A DNA stretch of 64,000 nt from contig JBFMCE010000003.1 in assembly GCA_040754655.1 (NCBI GenBank), positions 3,231 through 67,230 on the forward strand. The letters run 5' to 3'. The DNA comes from Bdellovibrionota bacterium. Its GTDB lineage: Bacteria > Bdellovibrionota > UBA1018 > UBA923. Both the position numbers and the translations under genes were made by a program. The notes beneath the pieces were generated by a model. It ran no database searches and was not told the DNA's origin. It worked only from the letters and a program-made list of their open reading frames with translations. Positions 58,364-64,000 of this stretch are shown piece after piece (the first letter of the stretch is position 1; each line of letters starts with the position of its first letter).

Positions 58364-59661
58364 AGAAGTTCGGCATTCTTCTAGCAGCTCTTGTGAGCGT
58401 ATTGATCCTTGCGGAAATCCTTGTCGTCACGCTGGTGGATCTCGAAGCATACAAACCCATAGTACTAGCGAAAGTACACGAAAGAATAAGTGGGAAGCTT
58501 GAGCTGGGAAAAATTCGTCCTAGCATTTGGACGGGTCCCAAAATTTGGATCGAAAGCATGCGCCTTGCGGATGAACGAGGACGAACGGCCATGAAGGCGC
58601 AAGACGTGACTCTGCGTTTCTCGCTCCTTTCGTTATTGGCGGGGCAACCCAAAGTTCAACTGAGGCTCGATAGCCCGGTGTTTACGCTCATCAAAGACAA
58701 AAGCGGTCCATACAATGTGCAGATGCTGCTTGCAAAACCGAAGGGTCGATCGACATCGGCGGTGCTCGATTGGAAAGAGCGCCTCATCGGTTTTGCAAAG
58801 AAAACCAAAGGCAAACTCTTGATCAGCGGAGCCCTTGTCGAAGTCATAGAAGAGGAATCAGGAAGAAGAGCCACGATCGATGATGCAGATCTCAAAGTCG
58901 ATAATATTGCCGCAAGGGGCGACATCTCGTTCGAAGCTTCAACCGAACTCAGAACGATCATACACCATGGGATCAGGCTCTCTGGCTTAGCCTCTACGGC
59001 CGGCATAGCGTCGTTATCGGATGGAGAAGATGGATCGAAGATCGTGGCGTTTCAGGCAAGGGTGGATTTGAGCCCTGTGGACATCGCTTATCATGGAAAG
59101 TTCAACAAGCACAAAGGCGCAGCCTTTCTGCTAGACGCCAAGGGATCTGTTTCCAAACAAAAGATTGATCTTTCTTCAGCAGAATTTCGGCTTGGCCAGA
59201 TGTTTCTCGAAGGCAATGGATCGGTTGCAAAACAAGATGATGCCCGGTCTGTCGATTTGAAAATGAAGTCTAACAGGGTCGACCTAGGCGAATTGGCCAA
59301 GATTCTGCCTCGGGCGAAGTCATCAGGTCTAGACGGAACCGTTGAGTTTTCAGCCCATGTTTATGGCCTCAAAAGCGATATTCAAGGCAACGGCAATGCG
59401 CATTTGTCGGAAGTCACGTGGAAGCCCAAGATGACCCAGGCGGCTTCTCTTATGATTACGGGTGACATGAAAGTCGATCTAGATCGACAGCGCGGAATGA
59501 ATGTAGATGCGAACGCAAAAGGATTTGATTCCAGCCTTTTCAGCAAAGCCATGAAAACTTTTCTAAACTCTCGCTTTTCCTCGGGCTCCGCTCAAGGAAA
59601 GCGGGATATTGACCACGATCTCATACAACTACTCGCCGGACTCGAAGCGGCCCGGCGTTGA
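58360..59661 (+). CDS. AsmA-like envelope protein (N-terminal membrane anchor, beta-rich periplasmic domain)
   Basis: Start VKKFGILLAALVSVLILAEIL (GTG, GGGAGG RBS) gives a single TM anchor followed by an extended domain as in AsmA/TamB-like proteins. Confidence 0.45.
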   Translation: MKKFGILLAALVSVLILAEILVVTLVDLEAYKPIVLAKVHERISGKLELGKIRPSIWTGPKIWIESMRLADERGRTAMKAQDVTLRFSLLSLLAGQPKVQLRLDSPVFTLIKDKSGPYNVQMLLAKPKGRSTSAVLDWKERLIGFAKKTKGKLLISGALVEVIEEESGRRATIDDADLKVDNIAARGDISFEASTELRTIIHHGIRLSGLASTAGIASLSDGEDGSKIVAFQARVDLSPVDIAYHGKFNKHKGAAFLLDAKGSVSKQKIDLSSAEFRLGQMFLEGNGSVAKQDDARSVDLKMKSNRVDLGELAKILPRAKSSGLDGTVEFSAHVYGLKSDIQGNGNAHLSEVTWKPKMTQAASLMITGDMKVDLDRQRGMNVDANAKGFDSSLFSKAMKTFLNSRFSSGSAQGKRDIDHDLIQLLAGLEAARR

Positions 59662-61287
59662 GTTTCTTTTCAGTGCATAGCCAGCCAAATGATCTACGGT
59701 CCGACTGACTTCGGGATTGATGGCAGGATTGAGTTGCGGCGCCTTAGACTGATAATCGATATAGGCATAAACTTTTTCGTTATACACCGGCAGGCTATAA
59801 CACCGGTCGAATAGATACCAATAGGAAAACTTCAAGAAGTTTTCCCGGTGATCCTGTTGCTTGAACTTTGCAATGAGATCGGCGGGTGCTGAGAGCATTT
59901 CAAAGTATTCTTCGGGCGTCTTAGGCTCAAATGCCGATCCCGAGCCATAAGTACGGGATCGGGCAGCCAAGACCGCTGGTTTATTCAGGTAAGGCAATTC
60001 AAGCCCGATCATCCCGTCAAAGACCAGCCCAACATCCACATGATGGAGGATGAATTCATAGGTGTTCAATTTAACATCCGAGGAAATGATTGAAATGTTC
60101 TTGATTTGATCCAGGTGCGGAACGCGCGCACGGATCATGGGTTCAAGCTTTTGGCTGTACGTGAGAATTGTGGCTTCGCTCGGATGGATCCTCAGCACAA
60201 GGTGACTTTCAGGATGTGATGAGAAGAACTTCACGGTGGCCACGATCCAGTCGATCGCGCTCTTGAAGAGAGTATTTCTTTGGACAATGTCCCCATCCCA
60301 GATGACGTTGGGAAAGAGCGCAAAGGTGTGTTTCGCATTTCCTTTTTCGATTTTCGGAAGAGTCCACGTTTCCATGCCTTTATAATAACGTCTGGTGTCA
60401 ATGGCGCCCCCGGAAATGCGAGACCGGAAATACTCTTCCACCTGAAGTTTTTGTTCCGCTGAAAGAGCGGTTTTTCGAAAAGTTTCCCAGCTTCGATCGT
60501 TGGTGATGAAGTTGACTGTATTTTCGTAAATGCTGATGCGTTGCGGCCGATAGACTGAAGGGTAATAAACCAAGCAGGATTGCCCTTTTGACTTTAAATA
60601 GTCTAAAGCCGGACCCCAAACAGAATAGATTCCATGCGAGGTGACATACAGGTTAGGCTTCAAATGCTGCTCAACGTATCGCGCTACTTTTTTCGAGATC
60701 TGGCAGTTCTTCAGGCATACCTCGAAGAACATCGTGTATGCAGGATCCTCCCAACGCATTTCGCCGCTTTGGAAGTATTTACGAACCGAGCTTTCCGCAT
60801 GGTTTCGATCCCCTTGGTTAAGAGGCAGATCCTCTCGGATGGTTTTTAGGATCGTGGAGTACCGGACGATCTCGATGTTCGGATGGGAGAAGATCTTGTT
60901 TGAAAGAAAACCATATCCCCCTCTTAAGATTCGGTTCTTAAGAGTCTTGTGGAATTTGTAATCATCGTCAGAATGGGTTCTTAGAAAATATTCCCAGTGC
61001 TCGAGTTGAAAATCGTCCATGAGGATCTTCACCTGAAAGCCATCACAAGCCATCAAATAAGCCAGGTAATGCTCGGGATTGACGTCAGGAAGGTAGGCCC
61101 CGACCGCGTTGAAAACGATGCAACCTTCGCTCGAGCCTTTGTAGCCAATCTTCTTGATTTGCTCACGCAAGCCGTAAGAGTCAAAAAGTTGTTTGCTGAT
61201 CTTATGAAATCTGTTCATCTTCTTTAAAATCCCGCTCGGCGATTTTTCCAAGCCAATCCCAATAAAAAACAGGGCTGACCCCGTCAC
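59629..61287 (-). CDS. Large hypothetical GT-B-like protein (Capsule_synth/TagF-like?), paralog group A; candidate nonulosonate transferase
   Basis: 552 aa. HTFALFPNVIWDG...LVLRIHPSEAT...LELPYLNKPAV shares the pattern with 14543 and 54285. GTG start at 61287 overlaps the upstream LegI-like gene by 86 nt; an internal ATG at 61218 is an alternative. Confidence 0.3.
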   Translation of the reverse strand: MTGSALFFIGIGLEKSPSGILKKMNRFHKISKQLFDSYGLREQIKKIGYKGSSEGCIVFNAVGAYLPDVNPEHYLAYLMACDGFQVKILMDDFQLEHWEYFLRTHSDDDYKFHKTLKNRILRGGYGFLSNKIFSHPNIEIVRYSTILKTIREDLPLNQGDRNHAESSVRKYFQSGEMRWEDPAYTMFFEVCLKNCQISKKVARYVEQHLKPNLYVTSHGIYSVWGPALDYLKSKGQSCLVYYPSVYRPQRISIYENTVNFITNDRSWETFRKTALSAEQKLQVEEYFRSRISGGAIDTRRYYKGMETWTLPKIEKGNAKHTFALFPNVIWDGDIVQRNTLFKSAIDWIVATVKFFSSHPESHLVLRIHPSEATILTYSQKLEPMIRARVPHLDQIKNISIISSDVKLNTYEFILHHVDVGLVFDGMIGLELPYLNKPAVLAARSRTYGSGSAFEPKTPEEYFEMLSAPADLIAKFKQQDHRENFLKFSYWYLFDRCYSLPVYNEKVYAYIDYQSKAPQLNPAINPEVSRTVDHLAGYALKRNSTPGRFESGE

Positions 61288-62281
61288 CGGGTCTCTTTGA
61301 AGTGAGGTTTTTCTCGCTGAAAACCTCTCCTTTGCGAATGGCAGTCGCCGCTACAAGGCTTCTCCTCACGACGGGTTTGTTTTTTTCTTCGGAACGGGAG
61401 GCCTGTTTTTCACCTGTTCCAAGAGAAGCTTCAACCTGACGGATCATTTGCACCATCAGCTTGAGTTCGTGTGGTTCAAGCGAGCAAAGGTGATCGGGGC
61501 CAGGAAGCCTCTTGTCTAGAGTGAAGTGTTTCTCGATGACCGTAGCGCCCAGTGCGACCGCCGCGACGGGGGCTGATAATCCCATGGTGTGGTCGGAATA
61601 TCCGGTTGAAAGGCCAAAGACGTCTCGTAGCGTGCTGATCGCCTTGAGGTTGGCCTCTGACCAGTCGGCGGGATATTCAGAGACGCAATGGAGCAGGGTC
61701 ACCTTGGCTGCCAAGGCCTCTTTCCCTGTTTGAGAATGGAAGGCTTCTTGAAACGCCGCTAGCGAAGGTTTCCGCTGAATTTTGAGATAGCCGAATGCGA
61801 TTACGCCCAAGGCCGTTTCGATTTCACTGAGAGAGCTCATGCCCGTCGAAAGAATGACGGGTTTGCCGGTGTGCGCTACCGACAAAAGCAAAGGAGCATT
61901 GGTGATGTCGCCTGAACCGATCTTGAGCAAGTCTAAATGAAGGTCATTGGTTAAGAAGTCAGCGCTTTCAACGTCAAACGGCGTGGACAAAAAGCCGATG
62001 CCTTTCGCACGCGCATATTTGAGTAGGTTTCGATAGACCGAAGGAGCAAGTTCAAGCCGCTTGAGCATTTCAAACTGGCTTTCCGCCACTCCGGTGTTTT
62101 TCGTTTGATACTCGGCTTGCTTAGCGGATTTTGACACCAAGGCCGCCGATTTGAACGTCTGAAACTTGACCGCGTCAGCCCCTGCTTCCGCCGCCGCGTC
62201 GATGAGCTGAATCGCGAGGTCTTCTGATCCGTTGTGATTGACTCCTGCCTCAGCGATGATGAAGGTTGGTCTTTTTTTCAT
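61202..62281 (-). CDS. N-acetylneuraminate/legionaminate synthase (NeuB/LegI) with SAF domain
   Basis: FIIAEAGVNHNGS NeuB motif and C-terminal RRSLVAATAIRKGEVFSEKNLTSKRPG SAF domain. Confidence 0.85.
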   Translation of the reverse strand: MKKRPTFIIAEAGVNHNGSEDLAIQLIDAAAEAGADAVKFQTFKSAALVSKSAKQAEYQTKNTGVAESQFEMLKRLELAPSVYRNLLKYARAKGIGFLSTPFDVESADFLTNDLHLDLLKIGSGDITNAPLLLSVAHTGKPVILSTGMSSLSEIETALGVIAFGYLKIQRKPSLAAFQEAFHSQTGKEALAAKVTLLHCVSEYPADWSEANLKAISTLRDVFGLSTGYSDHTMGLSAPVAAVALGATVIEKHFTLDKRLPGPDHLCSLEPHELKLMVQMIRQVEASLGTGEKQASRSEEKNKPVVRRSLVAATAIRKGEVFSEKNLTSKRPGDGVSPVFYWDWLGKIAERDFKEDEQIS

Positions 62282-63432
62282 AGGTCGAAAAACTTCTTCT
62301 GAATGAACTTTTGATAGTTATGGGTTTTTTTTAAAGTCGCAACAATCCGCTCGCTCGCATGACCATCGCCATAAGGATTGACCACGTTTGAGCAATCGAG
62401 CGCAAGGGCTTTTGTGATGGCTTGCGCGATCTCGCTTGAGCGAGGCTCGCAATGAACAACTGATTGCGCTCGCACGCGTCCTTTCTGGCGGTCACCGATA
62501 TCGACTGTCGGCTTTTTGAACGAGGGCGCTTCAAGCAGTCCGCTTGAAGAGTTTCCTAAAACCAAATCCACCTGCGCGACCGTGCTCCAGTAACGCGTTT
62601 GTCCCAGAGAGTTGTGAAACCTCATTTGTGGCCTGGTGTTCACGTGCGTCTCGATCTTTTGGTTCAAAGCCCTGCCTCCGGAGTCGGCGTTGGCGCCGGT
62701 GAAAATCACTCCTACACTCTCATCCAATCCTTCCAAGGCGCTAAAAATCTCCTCAAGGTGAAGCATTGAGTCTTCGTGACTTGCAGTCACCGGGTGATAG
62801 GTAACGAGAATATTCCTCTCTCGTAGTTTGAAATCTAAGCTTTTTTCAAGCTCAGAGCGAGAAAGCAGTGGAAGGGTCCGCAGATAGTCGAGGCCAGGAT
62901 TGCCCACCACAAAAATCTGATTTGGGTCCTCGCCTAATTGCCTTACCCGCTTTGCCGAACTTTCGGTTGAGACGAAGTGCAGGTGTGAGAGTTTCGTGAT
63001 GCAGTGGCGGATGGAATCGTCTAGTGCGCCTTCGGTCAAGTCCCCGCCGCAAAGGTGAGCGATCGGCAATTTTGCGAGGAAAGCGGCCTGGGCCGCGGCT
63101 AAAATCTCATACCGGTCGCCTAGCAAGACCACCAGTTCAGGTTTGAGTTTTTGGAAAGCTTCGGCAAACCCGATCAGGCCGTTGCCCATGGCCCGGGTCA
63201 CGGCCAAATCCGTATCCCCTGAAGACCGCAGATCGATTTTTTCGCTGATTTGAAAGCCGTCTTTTTCAATTTCCCGATAAGTAGAGCCAAATTCTGGCAT
63301 CAAGTGCATGCCGGTCACAAACAGGTGCAAATCGAAGGAAGGCTCGTTTTGAATTTCTCGCATCAGGCTGTGCAGAAGCCCATACTCGGCTCGACTTCCC
63401 GTAACCATGCAGATCTTGCGCTTTTGGGTCAT
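62278..63432 (-). CDS. UDP-N-acetylglucosamine 2-epimerase (hydrolysing), NeuC/LegG
   Basis: KICMVTGSRAEYGLL is the NeuC signature. 384 aa. Confidence 0.9.
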   Translation of the reverse strand: MTQKRKICMVTGSRAEYGLLHSLMREIQNEPSFDLHLFVTGMHLMPEFGSTYREIEKDGFQISEKIDLRSSGDTDLAVTRAMGNGLIGFAEAFQKLKPELVVLLGDRYEILAAAQAAFLAKLPIAHLCGGDLTEGALDDSIRHCITKLSHLHFVSTESSAKRVRQLGEDPNQIFVVGNPGLDYLRTLPLLSRSELEKSLDFKLRERNILVTYHPVTASHEDSMLHLEEIFSALEGLDESVGVIFTGANADSGGRALNQKIETHVNTRPQMRFHNSLGQTRYWSTVAQVDLVLGNSSSGLLEAPSFKKPTVDIGDRQKGRVRAQSVVHCEPRSSEIAQAITKALALDCSNVVNPYGDGHASERIVATLKKTHNYQKFIQKKFFDL

Positions 63433-63518
63433 TGGCCCACAACATACCAGACCTGAAGCGTTGAAGACATGCTGATTTTGGTTGACGCGGCCACTTAAAT
63501 CCCTGACATCTAGAAGAA

Positions 63519-64000
63519 ATGAAGAAGGCTTTAGTCACCGGGGCCGCCGGATTTATTGGCTCTCATCTCTGCGAATATCTTGTAAAAAAAGGGATCGAAG
63601 TCAGGGCGTTTGTCCACTACAACTCACAAAATGCTTGGGGTTGGCTTGAAAATTCAAGCTCTAGAGGCTCACTTGAGATTGCCTCGGGCGACCTCAGGGA
63701 CTTTGACAGTGTGAGTCGCGCCATCAAAGGCGTGGATTCTGTTTTCCACCTTGGCGCCTTGATTGGGATTCCTTATAGCTATGAGTCGCCTCTGGCGTAT
63801 GTGCGGACGAATGTCGAAGGCACTTACAATATTTTGGAGTCCTCGCGTCGTGAGGGTGTAAATCGGGTTTTGGTCACCTCAACGAGCGAGGTGTACGGAA
63901 CGGCAAGATATGTCCCGATAGATGAGAAGCATCCGCTGCAACCGCAGTCGCCCTACTCTGCCAGCAAGATCGGGGCTGATAACTTGGCTCTAAGCTACTT
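63519..64000 (+). CDS. NAD-dependent sugar-nucleotide 4,6-dehydratase (RfbB-like; LegB-like), 3'-truncated by window end
   Basis: MKKALVTGAAGFIGSHLCEYL...YSASK, extended SDR dehydratase type. Partial. Confidence 0.75.
   Translation, partial: MKKALVTGAAGFIGSHLCEYLVKKGIEVRAFVHYNSQNAWGWLENSSSRGSLEIASGDLRDFDSVSRAIKGVDSVFHLGALIGIPYSYESPLAYVRTNVEGTYNILESSRREGVNRVLVTSTSEVYGTARYVPIDEKHPLQPQSPYSASKIGADNLALSY

Overview
The window is one contiguous piece of a very large cell-surface glycan biosynthesis locus from a ~50% GC Gram-negative bacterium. There are about 60 tightly packed genes, many with overlapping stop/start codons, and no rRNA, tRNA, CRISPR, IS or phage genes were recognised. Three separate nonulosonic-acid (sialic-acid-like) pathways sit together in the locus. 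(i) A complete pseudaminic acid set lies at 39874-50715: PseB, PseC, PseH, PseG, PseI and a PseF-like cytidylyltransferase. (ii) A GDP-route legionaminic acid set lies at 55868-64000 and runs off the window end: PtmE-like CBS nucleotidyltransferase, NeuD/PglD-like N-acetyltransferase, LegF-, LegI-, LegG- and LegB-like. (iii) A third NeuB/KdsC-phosphatase/NeuA module with a class III aminotransferase lies at 1-8747. The pse operon carries two copies of the acetamidino-forming triplet (PP-loop N-acetyl sugar amidotransferase plus HisH and HisF homologues). The rest of the window encodes at least nine glycosyltransferases, among them a tandem-GT4 protein, a GT2-GtrA fusion, three GT-C/Wzy-like membrane proteins and a polyprenyl-phosphate sugar phosphotransferase. 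It also encodes UDP-sugar dehydrogenase/epimerase genes, six SAM methyltransferases, several SDR/AKR oxidoreductases, a FemAB-like acyltransferase with a polysaccharide deacetylase, a fused ABC exporter, a Wzy_C-domain protein and an AsmA-like protein. Standing out from this are an HNH endonuclease-plus-lipoprotein insertion, an excisionase-type HTH gene overlapping pseB, a PseF-like cytidylyltransferase fused to a class III aminotransferase (the same pair also occurs unfused at the window start), and three distantly related ~550-650 aa GT-B-like proteins that may be nonulosonate transferases. All functional calls come from motif-level reading of the translated ORFs; no database search was run.
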